Assembly: GCA_030647205.1 (NCBI GenBank)
Contig: JAUSJO010000002.1
Location: 305,771 to 369,770 of the forward strand
Direction: 5' to 3'
Origin: a bacterium
GTDB lineage: Bacteria; Patescibacteriota; CPR2; UBA1875; JAJYID01
Length of the DNA: 64,000 nt
Both the position numbers and the translations under genes were made by a program. A model generated the notes under the pieces. It was not told the DNA's origin and did not search any database. It worked only from the letters and a program-made list of their open reading frames with translations. Shown in pieces: positions 42,483 through 54,496 of this stretch. Each line of letters begins with the position of its first letter. Within the stretch, counting starts at the first letter, position 1.

Positions 42483-42877
42483 ATCTGAACAGTTTTTTAG
42501 GTAAAGAATATCTTTTTGCGACAAATGAAAAGTTTAAGTATTGGTATGTTTATCTAGTGTTTTTTGGAGTCATGGTTTCTCTTGCATTTATCGTCAGCAT
42601 TTTCCTGAAACGTCATGATGATTATAAAGCTAAAAAATCTTTTGAGAAACAGTTCTTCTGGACGTATCTTCTTTTCGGATTTTTAGGTCTTACATCTCTG
42701 TTTGCCCGATCCCAAAATCTGCCTATCTTTGGCGCGAGGATTTTTACCTTTGTTGTCATAGGTCTTTTCGTCGCTTTAAATGTGTGGCTTTTGGTCTATT
42801 ACTTTAAGGTTACCAAGAAAGAACAACTCAAGTTCGCCCAGAAGAAACGCAAAGAAAAATGGCTGAAGAAGAAATAG
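42479..42877 (+). CDS. Three-TM hypothetical membrane protein
   Basis: Hydrophobic segments, basic C-terminus; ATGA overlap with the kinase stop. Confidence 0.75.
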   Translation: MNLNSFLGKEYLFATNEKFKYWYVYLVFFGVMVSLAFIVSIFLKRHDDYKAKKSFEKQFFWTYLLFGFLGLTSLFARSQNLPIFGARIFTFVVIGLFVALNVWLLVYYFKVTKKEQLKFAQKKRKEKWLKKK

Positions 42878-42906
42878 TTGACTTATCTCTAATTTTGAAC
42901 TAATAT
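42878..42906 (+). promoter_or_regulatory. Putative rRNA promoter
   Basis: TTGACT-17nt-TAATAT upstream of the 16S leader. Confidence 0.55.
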
Positions 42907-43020
42907 ATCTATTAGTATTTCAGTACAAAAAAAGGAGGGGTAACAAATCTGGAAATTCCAATGCTTGGGATAGACAGAGCAGTATTATTTTGTGCGTTAA
43001 AAATACTAACAGATGAATGG

Positions 43021-44722
<1,702 letters not shown>

Positions 44723-44806
44723 ATAACAAAAAGATTGATTTTCAAGGTAAAAACGGTTAAAATATTGAAGTTAAAACCGTTTTTATTTGTTTTAATGTAT
44801 TGATTG

Positions 44807-44883
<77 letters not shown>

Positions 44884-44899
44884 AAGAAAGGAGGTAGGA

Positions 44900-45118
44900 A
44901 TGAGTTTCATCCTAAGGCTTTTTATTAGTCTTGTTGCCGGAGGAATAGGCTTGGTTTTGTTAGTAAAAACCAGAAGAGTTGTCCATCAAGTTGGGTATAT
45001 AAACTGGGCAGAACAGCATCTTGGAGGAGGCGGCACTTATATACTAATAAAGTTTCTTGGCTTACTGGTTATGGTGATAGCAGTTTTTTTCTTGCTAGGT
45101 GTCATAAAAATTTTCTAG
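44900..45118 (+). CDS. Small two-TM membrane protein between tRNA-Ile and tRNA-Ala
   Basis: AAGGAGGT SD; two TM helices joined by G.I.WAEQHLGGGGTY. Confidence 0.85.
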   Translation: MSFILRLFISLVAGGIGLVLLVKTRRVVHQVGYINWAEQHLGGGGTYILIKFLGLLVMVIAVFFLLGVIKIF

Positions 45119-45180
45119 TTTTTCGACTGTCATAGTTTATTGTTAGCAATTCGTATTGTATATTAAGTTTAATATGTCAT

Positions 45181-45256
45181 GGGCCCTTAGCTCAGTTGGT
45201 AGAGCGCCTCGCTTGCACCGAGGAGGTCAGGAGTTCGAACCCCCTAGGGTCCACCA
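45181..45256 (+). tRNA. tRNA-Ala (anticodon TGC)
   Basis: GGGCCCT/AGGGTCC acceptor with G3:U70, CCTCG-CTTGCAC-CGAGG, CCA. Confidence 0.98.
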
Positions 45257-45293
45257 AGAAAAATCTCATCATTTTTGATGGGTTTTTTCTTTT
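45257..45293 (+). terminator. Intrinsic terminator after tRNA-Ala
   Basis: AGAAAAATCTCATC-ATTTTT-GATGGGTTTTTTCT then TTT. Confidence 0.7.
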
Positions 45294-45392
45294 CCCAAAA
45301 CTAAATAGTGTCTAATGTCTTTAAAAGTCAATTTTTATATATATCCAGAATAAGATTGGACGCCCTGAGATTAAATGAGATATAATCTAATA

Positions 45393-47852
45393 ATGTTATC
45401 AGGATTAACCCAAAAAGAAGCTAGCAGTCGTCTAAAGGCAAATGGTTATAATGAACTTCCTTCTGCTAAACCAAGGAAACTGACAGATTTTTTAGTAGAA
45501 ATTATAAAAGAACCAATGATCTCCCTCCTTTTGGTGGCATGTGTTTTATATTTATTTTTAGGAGATAAAGTTGAAGCAGCTCTACTGCTCCTTTCGATCG
45601 CTGGCGTAGTCAGCATCTCTCTTTATCAAGAGAAAAAGTCAGAAAAATCTTTGCAGGCTTTAGCTAGTCTTTCAAGCCCTAGGGCCATAGTTATAAGAGA
45701 TGGTGAAGAAATAAGAATACCCGGAAGAGAGGTGGTAGTTGGAGATTTAGTAATTTTAGCTGAAGGAGACAGGGTGCCGGCAGATGTCGAGCTAAAAGAG
45801 GCGGTTAACTTAAGCGTTGATGAATCGTTATTAACAGGGGAGTCGCAGTCCGTAAGTAAAAATATAAATCAAGATTCTAAAGTATTTTCAGGAACAATGG
45901 TTATTAGCGGACATGGTTTTGGTGAAGTTAAGGGGATCGGGCTTGATACCGAGCTTGGTAAAATTGGCAAATCTTTACGCTCAATTGAAATTGAAAAAAC
46001 ATTACTCCAAAAAGAAATAAAAACTTTTGTTAAGTGGATAGCTATTATCGGAATTTCTTTGTGTGTTATCTTAGCTATAATTTCTATACTGACTGGAATG
46101 AGCTTTATTGAAGGAACGTTAGCGGGCCTAACCCTGGCAATAGGTATTCTTCCGGAAGAATTTCCGATTGTTTTAATCTTGTTTATGACTATGGGAGCTT
46201 GGAGACTAGCAAAGCATAATGTACTTACCAGAAGAGCGGCGGCAATTGAAACATTGGGGGCGGCGACTGTCCTTTGTGTTGATAAGACAGGGACGATTAC
46301 TAAAAATCAGATGTCGATTGAAAAAATATTTACAAATGGTGGAATAGATCTAAACGATTTTGCTACTGATGAAGGTGTGATTAAATACGGTATTTTAGCA
46401 AGCCAACGAAAACCTTTCGATCCGATGGAGTCAGCCTTCATACATGAGGGCAAAAAGTTATTTGACACAGATGTTTTATTTGATGAGTTTAGTTTGGTCA
46501 AAGAATATCCGATAGAGAATAGTTTTCTTTGTGTTGCCCATGCTTACCAAGGAATAGATAAGGGGTTTGAGGTTGCTCTCAAAGGTGCCCCCGAGTCAGT
46601 GCTTGAGCTGTGCCATGTTACGGAAAAAGAAAAAAGAATGGTTGAAAATGAAGTTAAGAAATTTGCGAAAGAGGGCTTAAGAGTAATTGCGGTGGCAAGC
46701 GGTCACCATCATGGTAAATATCTGCCAGAAAATAGGCATGATATTCAGTTCAATTTCCTAGGTTTAGTTGGGTTAAAGGACCCTGTTCGGAAAGGGGTTA
46801 AGGACTCTGTTCGATCTGCTTATGATGCCGGTATTAGGATAATTATGATTACCGGTGACTATAAAGAAACGGCCTTAGATATTGCAAGGCAAATAGGGTT
46901 AGTAACCGAAGGAGTTGTTATTGGTGATGAGTTTGAGGCGATGAATGGAAAGGAACGAGAAGCTACTCTAAAGAAAGTCAATGTATTTAGCCGAGTAAGG
47001 CCAAACCAAAAACTCTTAATAATAAAAGAACTAAAGAGTATGGGCGAGGTAGTGGCAATGACGGGGGATGGAGTTAACGATGCCCCAGCCCTAAAAGCTG
47101 CTAATATCGGTGTGGCCATGGGAAGAAGGGGAACTGATGTAGCTAGAGAGGCGGCTGCTATTGTGCTTTTAGATGATAACTTTAACTCTATTGTTGGCGG
47201 AGTGAAAATGGGCCGAAGAATTTATGACAATCTTCAGAAGGCAATAAATTATTTGATATCGGTACATATACCCATAGTGATACTCTCAATTTTGCCCGTA
47301 ATCTTTGGCGTGCCATTCATTTTAATGCCTGTGCATATTGTATTTTTAGAGTTTATCATTGATCCCACTTGTACAATTGTATTTGAGGCTGATAAGGAGG
47401 ATAGAGATATTATGAATCGCCCACCAAGAAAACTAGACCAAAGAATAATTGCTTTTAAGAACCTATACGCCTCAATTATTAACGGTAGCATAATTGGGAT
47501 CATTCTTTTTATTAGTTACATGATTACTTTCCAAAAATTTGGTGAAACTATAGCGAGAACCTTTACTTTTATTATGCTTGTATTCCTAATACTTGCCCTG
47601 ATGATAGTTAATCTTTCGAGAAAAGAGAATTTTATTTCAAAGCTAAAAAGAAATGATAACTTCGCATTGATTGGGGTTGTGTCTTTTACTTTGGTTGTTA
47701 TGTATTTTGCTACGCATATAGAAAACATAATGAACGTCTTTCGTTTCGGGAGTTTGGTAACATTCCAATGGGTTCAGATTATCGGTGTCGCCATCGGATT
47801 TCTCTTGTTAAATGAAATTACCAAGTCTCTTAATGGGTCCTGTAAAAACTAA
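45393..47852 (+). CDS. Cation-transporting P-type ATPase (P2A, Ca2+-like)
   Basis: VDESLLTGES, PEEFP, DKTGT, KGAPE, DPVR, ITGD, TGDGVNDAPAL. Confidence 0.97.
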   Translation: MLSGLTQKEASSRLKANGYNELPSAKPRKLTDFLVEIIKEPMISLLLVACVLYLFLGDKVEAALLLLSIAGVVSISLYQEKKSEKSLQALASLSSPRAIVIRDGEEIRIPGREVVVGDLVILAEGDRVPADVELKEAVNLSVDESLLTGESQSVSKNINQDSKVFSGTMVISGHGFGEVKGIGLDTELGKIGKSLRSIEIEKTLLQKEIKTFVKWIAIIGISLCVILAIISILTGMSFIEGTLAGLTLAIGILPEEFPIVLILFMTMGAWRLAKHNVLTRRAAAIETLGAATVLCVDKTGTITKNQMSIEKIFTNGGIDLNDFATDEGVIKYGILASQRKPFDPMESAFIHEGKKLFDTDVLFDEFSLVKEYPIENSFLCVAHAYQGIDKGFEVALKGAPESVLELCHVTEKEKRMVENEVKKFAKEGLRVIAVASGHHHGKYLPENRHDIQFNFLGLVGLKDPVRKGVKDSVRSAYDAGIRIIMITGDYKETALDIARQIGLVTEGVVIGDEFEAMNGKEREATLKKVNVFSRVRPNQKLLIIKELKSMGEVVAMTGDGVNDAPALKAANIGVAMGRRGTDVAREAAAIVLLDDNFNSIVGGVKMGRRIYDNLQKAINYLISVHIPIVILSILPVIFGVPFILMPVHIVFLEFIIDPTCTIVFEADKEDRDIMNRPPRKLDQRIIAFKNLYASIINGSIIGIILFISYMITFQKFGETIARTFTFIMLVFLILALMIVNLSRKENFISKLKRNDNFALIGVVSFTLVVMYFATHIENIMNVFRFGSLVTFQWVQIIGVAIGFLLLNEITKSLNGSCKN

Positions 47853-48094
47853 ACTGCATATTTCTTTTCGTAATAGAAACTCTTGGCATCATCAATTAGT
47901 TTAATCGTTCTCTACATCTCAAATCTGATTTTCTCATCTGTTTCTAAGCGCAAAAAGAAAAAGTTGCCGTAGAAAAGATAATCTCCCAGGTTCCATCAAG
48001 CACAAGTTATTAGAAGGCTTTTAAGGAGGTATTTTTTTGATGTTAAGAAATGGTTGCCTTGAAAATAAAACTAAAATTATGGTATAATATAGTT

Positions 48095-48937
48095 ATGAAG
48101 ATAAAAGAAGTTAGGCATTTATTAACATATGGCTGTAATTTGCGTTGTCAGCACTGTTATTTGTCAGCAGGAGAAGTTGGAGATAATAAACCAGCCGACT
48201 TAAGTCAAGAAGAGGTAGATCGTTTTTATCACTACTTTAAACCGGATGTTGTTTCGGCTACCGGGGGAGAGCCTCTCTTGCGTATAGAAATGGTTTACAA
48301 ACTAGCAAAAAGTCTTGCTGCCTACGGTGGCGCTCTTGAGATAGTCACGAATGGTTTTATGCTCACTAAAGGTATAGCTGATGAACTGAAAAAATTAAAT
48401 AAGAAGACATTCTTTCAGATCTCGCTTGATGGGACTAAAGATTATCATAACAAGATAAGGAAAAGCCCTCTTGCTTATGACAATGCGATGGATGCCATAA
48501 AGCTTGTTGCCGGAAAAGGCTTTGTGACCAAAGTGCGGCTTACTGCAACTAATGAGAATGTAAAACAAATTCCTAAGGTAATAGAAGCCTTGTCTAGTTT
48601 AGGAAATGAAAATATTAGGCTTGTTATTCGTCCGGTAGTGGCAAAGGGTAGAGCAAAAGCTAACGACCTAAAACTTGATATAGATTACAAGGAACTCGAA
48701 AGTTTAAAGGAACTCTCAGAAGTCATTATTGTTGAGACGACTGATAATGAAGGTAAGTGCGGTTGCGGTACAGATACTATCGCAATTGATCCATTTGGAG
48801 GTATATATCCCTGTACGTACTTTGTTTTTGATGAGAACTACAAAATGGGAAACATTTGGGATTTACCCTCAAAACTTACGGAAAATGAAGAGTTTGCCGG
48901 ATTCAAAGGAGCCTGTTATGCCAGGCAAGCAGTCTAA
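48095..48937 (+). CDS. Radical SAM protein with short SPASM/Twitch C-terminus
   Basis: CNLRCQHC, TGGEPLL, TNG, QISLDG, CGCG....IDPFGGIYPC. Confidence 0.93.
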   Translation: MKIKEVRHLLTYGCNLRCQHCYLSAGEVGDNKPADLSQEEVDRFYHYFKPDVVSATGGEPLLRIEMVYKLAKSLAAYGGALEIVTNGFMLTKGIADELKKLNKKTFFQISLDGTKDYHNKIRKSPLAYDNAMDAIKLVAGKGFVTKVRLTATNENVKQIPKVIEALSSLGNENIRLVIRPVVAKGRAKANDLKLDIDYKELESLKELSEVIIVETTDNEGKCGCGTDTIAIDPFGGIYPCTYFVFDENYKMGNIWDLPSKLTENEEFAGFKGACYARQAV

Positions 48938-50924
48938 AGTAAAATATAAGATAGAGTTGGAGTATAAAAACATCTCTGACTATAGCCCTTTTTGGAGAGT
49001 AAATGGCTTGTCTCCTGAGTATAGGAGGAAGTCTTTCGAGCTACCTTTCATTTGTTTTGAAGGAAAGTTAGTTCCGGTCCATCCCGATATGTTTTGTGAC
49101 CTTGGTCTGGGCAAAAACCTTATTGTTAAGAGAACCAAAGTCTACCCAACATCTTCATTTAGAACTGTTTTTAATGCAGAAGAAAATCTTTGTTGGAAGC
49201 TGCCCGTAAGAAGAAAGATTACACGAGGAGTACGTGATCTAAAAACAAAACAACTTCAAAGAGCAGAAAGAGTACAAACTTTATTAAAAAAATTTGATTG
49301 TCCCCACTTCTCTTTCTTGGAAGAAGAGTGTTTTTTTGCCTCAGATGAAAACTTTAACTATATAGAGAGAAAAATGCCGGCGGTAAGTGCTTATCCGTTG
49401 TTCTATGTGATTAAGGATGAAAACTTCTCAAAAAAGTTTATATTAAAAGTAATAGAAAATATCATGTATACTTGGATGTTTTGGGCAGAAAAGGGACTAT
49501 ATCTCGAATATCACACCCAAAATATCTTAGTTGATAAACATGCAAATATTATTTATAGGGATTTATCTGACGTAAGGTCCTATAAAGAAGAAATCCTAAA
49601 GCCGAGTTATATAAATGGCTTAAAGGACGAGAAGGAGTTACGCAGCCTTATGTTTGACAGATCGGTCTGCAGCCAAAATCTTGATCATTTTTTGCGTTAT
49701 AAATCCTTTACTCAAGAAGAGATTAGTTTGCTAAAAAGCATGATTCAGAAGTACTCCAACCAGTTTAAGATCGAGTTTCCTGAATATTCCTTGGATTTTA
49801 ATACAGAAGAAGATGGTAGGGTCCCTTATAAAAAAGAAATCAATCATTGGAGAGGTGATAAGAATATAAGAGCTATTAGTACATCTGAAAAAAGATTGGC
49901 CGAACTAAGGAAAGTATTTGATGGTGTAAGCGGAAACTTTACTGTGAGAGGGTCTTACGCCAGAGGAGATGACTTTTATAATGACATTGATATTGCTCTT
50001 TATTCTAATTCTTTAGATGTGTCAAAGCTACCAAGCGATTTTCGAGGGGTCAAAGTTAACTATTGGCAAATACCAGCTAAAGATATAGAGCGTTATTATG
50101 AGGTTTGTGTCAGGCCATCAATCTCATTGATTGAAGGAAAGGTGATCAAGACTACTGATCCCGAGGTAGAGGAAATTCTGGAAAGGCAGCAAAATAAATT
50201 TTATGAAGAAAGGGCAGACATATTTTTGCTTTACTTAGTTCTTGATGAAGAATCAAATAATAAGATATATGGGAGAATTCATGAGAAAGACTACTCAACA
50301 TGGAAGCGGAAAAGAGGTAGTAAAAGAACTATTTTAAGGGCAGTGTGGGCAGTAAAAACTATGTATCCTGAGATAAAAGATAGAAATGTTAATGAGGTTT
50401 TATCTTTTATGGTTCAAAAAAATATAATTTCAAAAACATTATCTGGAAAATGTCAGGAAGTCCTTGAAATGATTTTTGAGGAAGAGTTTGACGAGAAACG
50501 ATTGGAATCTCTTATAGATCAGATAGGCAGCTGGTATGAAGCGACTCTTAAGCCGCTTCTGATTAAAAAAATCTATGAAAGCCTAGATCGTGAACTGGTA
50601 GAAAATTCTCTGCTTTCTATCGATAACCAAACCTCAAAAAAAGATCTAGGAAGGATTTATGAGTTTGCTATTGGTCGTGAAAAGTCTATCGATAAATGGC
50701 TTCTTTTCTTTGGCCTTTCAAGGAACACTAACTTGGGGGAGAAGCTCCTTTTTGAAATTTATAATATGACCAAAGATGATTTCGTCTTCAACAATGTGAC
50801 TCGAAACCTCATTTTAAACGTAGCTTTTCCAAAGGAGATAATAGTAAATGATCAGATCATTTTACGTAATGATTTGACCAAAATCGCTTACAAAAAAAGA
50901 AAACTATTAGAAGCGTCTTCTTAA
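48918..50924 (+). CDS. Fusion: IucA/IucC (NIS synthetase)-like domain + Pol-beta-type nucleotidyltransferase domain + helical C-terminus
   Basis: PVHP, PTSSFRTV, KLP....ITRGVR, GLYLEYHTQNIL, IYRDL (NIS-like); GSYARGDDFYNDIDI (NTase); AAGGAG SD before ATG 48918. Confidence 0.75.
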   Translation: MPGKQSKVKYKIELEYKNISDYSPFWRVNGLSPEYRRKSFELPFICFEGKLVPVHPDMFCDLGLGKNLIVKRTKVYPTSSFRTVFNAEENLCWKLPVRRKITRGVRDLKTKQLQRAERVQTLLKKFDCPHFSFLEEECFFASDENFNYIERKMPAVSAYPLFYVIKDENFSKKFILKVIENIMYTWMFWAEKGLYLEYHTQNILVDKHANIIYRDLSDVRSYKEEILKPSYINGLKDEKELRSLMFDRSVCSQNLDHFLRYKSFTQEEISLLKSMIQKYSNQFKIEFPEYSLDFNTEEDGRVPYKKEINHWRGDKNIRAISTSEKRLAELRKVFDGVSGNFTVRGSYARGDDFYNDIDIALYSNSLDVSKLPSDFRGVKVNYWQIPAKDIERYYEVCVRPSISLIEGKVIKTTDPEVEEILERQQNKFYEERADIFLLYLVLDEESNNKIYGRIHEKDYSTWKRKRGSKRTILRAVWAVKTMYPEIKDRNVNEVLSFMVQKNIISKTLSGKCQEVLEMIFEEEFDEKRLESLIDQIGSWYEATLKPLLIKKIYESLDRELVENSLLSIDNQTSKKDLGRIYEFAIGREKSIDKWLLFFGLSRNTNLGEKLLFEIYNMTKDDFVFNNVTRNLILNVAFPKEIIVNDQIILRNDLTKIAYKKRKLLEASS

Positions 50925-51053
50925 GGGGGGGGTATTAGTAAGGTTTAAGACTTTACAGCATTCCTGAATTAGCGTATAATTAGCTAGTTACAAAGGCAAG
51001 GAAGATGGCTCGCGTGACCTTAGATATAGCGAGTTTTTTTATTTAGAAAAATT

Positions 51054-52865
51054 ATGAACTTACGAAACGTTGCAATTATAGCCCATGTTGATCATGGCAA
51101 GACCACCCTTGTGGATGGTCTTTTGAAGCAGTCGAAAACTTTCCGCGAAAACGAAGCGGCTTTTTCGCAAACCTTGATAATGGACTCCAACGATCAGGAG
51201 CGTGAACGCGGCATCACGATCCTTGCAAAAAACACGGCCGTAAAGTACGGCGACACTAAAATTAACATTATCGACACGCCTGGGCATGCCGACTTTGGCG
51301 GTGAAGTAGAGCGAACATTAAACATGGCTGATGGAGCAATACTCGTTATTGACGCTCATGAAGGCCCAATGCCGCAAACAAAGTTCGTTCTCAAAAAAGC
51401 TCTCGAAATCGGACTGAAACCCATAGTTATTATAAACAAAATTGACAAGCCAAATGCACGAATAGAAGATGTCATCAAAAAAACTCACGATCTTTTTCTA
51501 GATCTGGCGACAGATGTCGACCAACTCGACTTTCCTATTTATTATGCGATTGCCAGAGATGGTAAGGCATGGAGCGAAATACCGGCGAGCCACGGCGAGG
51601 TAGCCGACTTCACCGATGTTTTTGAGGCTATTTTAAACCACGTTCCTGCGCCGGAAGTTTTGCCGGACCAGCCATTTCAGATGCTAGTTACATCACTTGA
51701 AAGCGACAGTTTTCAGGGCAAACATGTCGTGGGAAAGATTACCCGCGGTTCTATAAAGCAGGGCCAGACAGTTACTTTGATAAAGAAAGACGGCAGCACA
51801 GAACAGGCTAGGATTGATAAGGTTTATATATCGGAAGGACTTAAGAAAGCGGAAGTCGCAGAGGCTCATGCCGGTGAAATAGTTTCTCTGACTGGTGCAA
51901 AAAATGCAAGCATCGGAGAAACACTGGCTGATAGCGATCATCCGGAAGCTTTGCCGACCATAGAAATAGAAGAGCCGACTTTGAAAATGTCCGTTTCTGC
52001 AAACACTTCTCCGTTTGCCGGAAAAGAAGGTCAGTTTGTAACTGGTAGGCAGATTTTAGAAAGAATTAAAAAAGAACTTGAAACTAATGTTTCGCTGAAG
52101 ATGGAAATGGGAAAAGCCGGCGACTACATATTATCCGGTCGCGGTGAACTTCACCTTTCTGTTTTGATTGAAAACCTACGTCGTGAAGGATATGAGCTTG
52201 AAGTTGGCAAACCGCAGGTAATTACCAAGGAAATTGACGGTGTGAAATGCGAGCCGATGGAAGAACTAACCATCGATGTTGATACCGAGCATGTTGGCGC
52301 GGTGACTGCAGAAGTGGGCAGGAGAAAAGGTAATATGCTAAGTCAGGAGGAAAACTCTGACGGCACAACAAGATTAGTTTTTGCAATATCTACCCGCGGT
52401 ATTCTCGGACTTCGAAACCAACTTCTGACATTATCTCGTGGAACTGCGATCATGAACTCTATTTTCACAGAGTTCAAGCCGGTTGGCGCTACTATTCCTA
52501 AACTTAGAAATGGCGCTCTTGTTGCACATGAGTCGGGAAAAGCAGTGGCATACGGGCTATATAATGCGCAGGGCAGAGGCATCGTATTTATCGGTCCGCA
52601 GACCCAAGTTTATGAAGGTATGATAGTCGGGCTTAACTCTCGAGAGGGCGACCTGGAAATAAATGTGACGAAGGAAAAGAAGCTTACAAATACCCGTGCA
52701 TCAGGATCTGATGACGCGCTGACCCTAACCCCACCGACAATATTTACGCTTGAACAAGCATTAGATTTTCTTGAAGACGATGAACTTCTGGAAGTAACTC
52801 CAAAAAATCTAAGGCTTCGAAAGAAACTTCTCAACAAAACAGCTCGAGCCAGAGCCAGCAGATAA
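51054..52865 (+). CDS. typA: Translational GTPase TypA/BipA
   Basis: [49 protein letters not shown]. Confidence 0.99.
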   Translation: MNLRNVAIIAHVDHGKTTLVDGLLKQSKTFRENEAAFSQTLIMDSNDQERERGITILAKNTAVKYGDTKINIIDTPGHADFGGEVERTLNMADGAILVIDAHEGPMPQTKFVLKKALEIGLKPIVIINKIDKPNARIEDVIKKTHDLFLDLATDVDQLDFPIYYAIARDGKAWSEIPASHGEVADFTDVFEAILNHVPAPEVLPDQPFQMLVTSLESDSFQGKHVVGKITRGSIKQGQTVTLIKKDGSTEQARIDKVYISEGLKKAEVAEAHAGEIVSLTGAKNASIGETLADSDHPEALPTIEIEEPTLKMSVSANTSPFAGKEGQFVTGRQILERIKKELETNVSLKMEMGKAGDYILSGRGELHLSVLIENLRREGYELEVGKPQVITKEIDGVKCEPMEELTIDVDTEHVGAVTAEVGRRKGNMLSQEENSDGTTRLVFAISTRGILGLRNQLLTLSRGTAIMNSIFTEFKPVGATIPKLRNGALVAHESGKAVAYGLYNAQGRGIVFIGPQTQVYEGMIVGLNSREGDLEINVTKEKKLTNTRASGSDDALTLTPPTIFTLEQALDFLEDDELLEVTPKNLRLRKKLLNKTARARASR

Positions 52866-53002
52866 TTTATTTTTGTTAAGGATCTTTTGGCTTGACGTAA
52901 ACTATTTATTATGTTAGAATCCATCCAAATAGTGGGGTAACTCATACTTTGTTCTTTGAAAAAATAATGACCGAAAGGTTGTCGATAAGGGAGATGGATA
53001 AT

Positions 53003-53866
53003 ATGACAGCAGAATCATGGGGAATATACAGTTTCCTAGTGGATAAAATGTCGTCAAAATCATGGGCAATACTCAGTCTTGTAATGTTTCTATTCGTGCT
53101 TGCTTGTTTTATATGGGAAACATATTTCTCAGAAGCAAAGAAGACGAAGCCTGCTCTTGATGACAAAAGATTATTTGAAATATTTAAAGAGCAGGATGAG
53201 CAGAGAGCAAGAGCTACCGAGAAAAGTAGGATAAGGAGTGAAGAGAGAAATAGAGTTTTTGAAAAAGAAAGTAGGAAAGAGAGGAGAAAGAAACTAATAT
53301 CGTCTTCAAAAAAACTTCTTGAGCAAGAAATACCAAAAAGCATGGATAAGACAAGAGGATGGATCTCAAATGCAGAGAGGTATTATGAAAGCCATACTTA
53401 TGATCCATTCTGGAATGCTCTTGAGCAGGGGGCTATATCTCTAGATAACCTAAAAAAATGGGTCAATCATTTGACGTACTATATGGGCCAGCTCAACTCT
53501 CTTGGAGGGTATAGTGAACTGTCCACTCAAGTTGAGCGTGAATTTCTGGAATTCCAGAATCTCTGTAATCGTCTGAATGATCTTATGGGAAAGGGTCATA
53601 GCAGTTCTCACTTTGCAAACATCTATCAACAACGTGTGACTCGTAACGTTCTAGTGGCAGGGTTTACTTCTCTGGATATTGCTATAAATACTCTGGGAAG
53701 AGAAATCCATAACAACTTTCATGTTGTTTTCTCTGCGCTAAGTGAAGTTAGTAATGATGTTTCCTCTGGATTAAGTGAGATCAAAGACAGAGAAACGAGA
53801 TCAACGCTTGCTCTAGAGAAAACGAAACATGCAGTTGACGATATGTCCAGAGATCTGGCATCCTAA
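53003..53866 (+). CDS. Hypothetical TM + coiled-coil protein (orphan); start uncertain (52949-53003)
   Basis: Single TM, charged helical body, AAGGGAG SD, terminator downstream. Confidence 0.7.
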   Translation: MTAESWGIYSFLVDKMSSKSWAILSLVMFLFVLACFIWETYFSEAKKTKPALDDKRLFEIFKEQDEQRARATEKSRIRSEERNRVFEKESRKERRKKLISSSKKLLEQEIPKSMDKTRGWISNAERYYESHTYDPFWNALEQGAISLDNLKKWVNHLTYYMGQLNSLGGYSELSTQVEREFLEFQNLCNRLNDLMGKGHSSSHFANIYQQRVTRNVLVAGFTSLDIAINTLGREIHNNFHVVFSALSEVSNDVSSGLSEIKDRETRSTLALEKTKHAVDDMSRDLAS

Positions 53867-53890
53867 GTCAGGCAACTCATTGGCTTATCT

Positions 53891-53922
53891 AAAAGGGCCC
53901 CTTCGGGGGCTCTTTTTCTTTT
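53891..53922 (+). terminator. Intrinsic terminator
   Basis: AAAAGGGCCCC-TTCG-GGGGCTCTTTTT (UUCG tetraloop). Confidence 0.92.
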
Positions 53923-53978
53923 TAAGAAAATTAGTTAATTATTTTTTCAATATCAAGTCTCTTCTTTCCTGATACAAT

Positions 53979-54461
53979 ATGTCTATGGAAGAACAATATA
54001 TAGGTGAGCTGCAGAAATATGCAACTGATATTTTAAAGAAAGGCAATCAGGGGAAACCCCTGTGGATGCTTTCAAAATGGAACTGCAGCGAGGTATCTCG
54101 GATAGTTGGACTTAAGGTTCTCTCAGATTTGGGAGTATCTTCTAAGCCCTTTATTTTAAAAGGTAATGTTACCGTTACAGGACTAATCGAGGAGAATAAT
54201 CACGATATTTTGGGATTTTTCGATTCAGGGTCAAATATGTATATACTGATCGATCCAACAATATGGCAGTTCTTTCCGAAAATGAAAAAAATCTTCTTGG
54301 GTAAATTCAGTTCCGTAGATGACATTCTTAAGTTTGTTTCTGAATATTATAGAGGCGATTGGAAGGTTTCTGAAGAAGTTGATCCTACCCTTGAAAAAGA
54401 AGTGGCTGACTATTATAAGATTATTAAGCTGAACTGCGACCAGTCGCCGAATTGGGAGTAG
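53979..54461 (+). CDS. Hypothetical protein, possible transglutaminase/papain-like Cys-His-Asp triad
   Basis: NCSEVS...NHD...IDPTIWQF pattern. Confidence 0.55.
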   Translation: MSMEEQYIGELQKYATDILKKGNQGKPLWMLSKWNCSEVSRIVGLKVLSDLGVSSKPFILKGNVTVTGLIEENNHDILGFFDSGSNMYILIDPTIWQFFPKMKKIFLGKFSSVDDILKFVSEYYRGDWKVSEEVDPTLEKEVADYYKIIKLNCDQSPNWE

Positions 54462-54496
54462 CTTATATGAATCTGGAGGAAGTATCCAAGTAGTCC

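Noticed and set aside
48729-48917. 63-aa N-terminal extension of the NIS/NTase fusion in the ORF track
   Set aside because: It overlaps the radical SAM gene; the SD-supported start is ATG 48918
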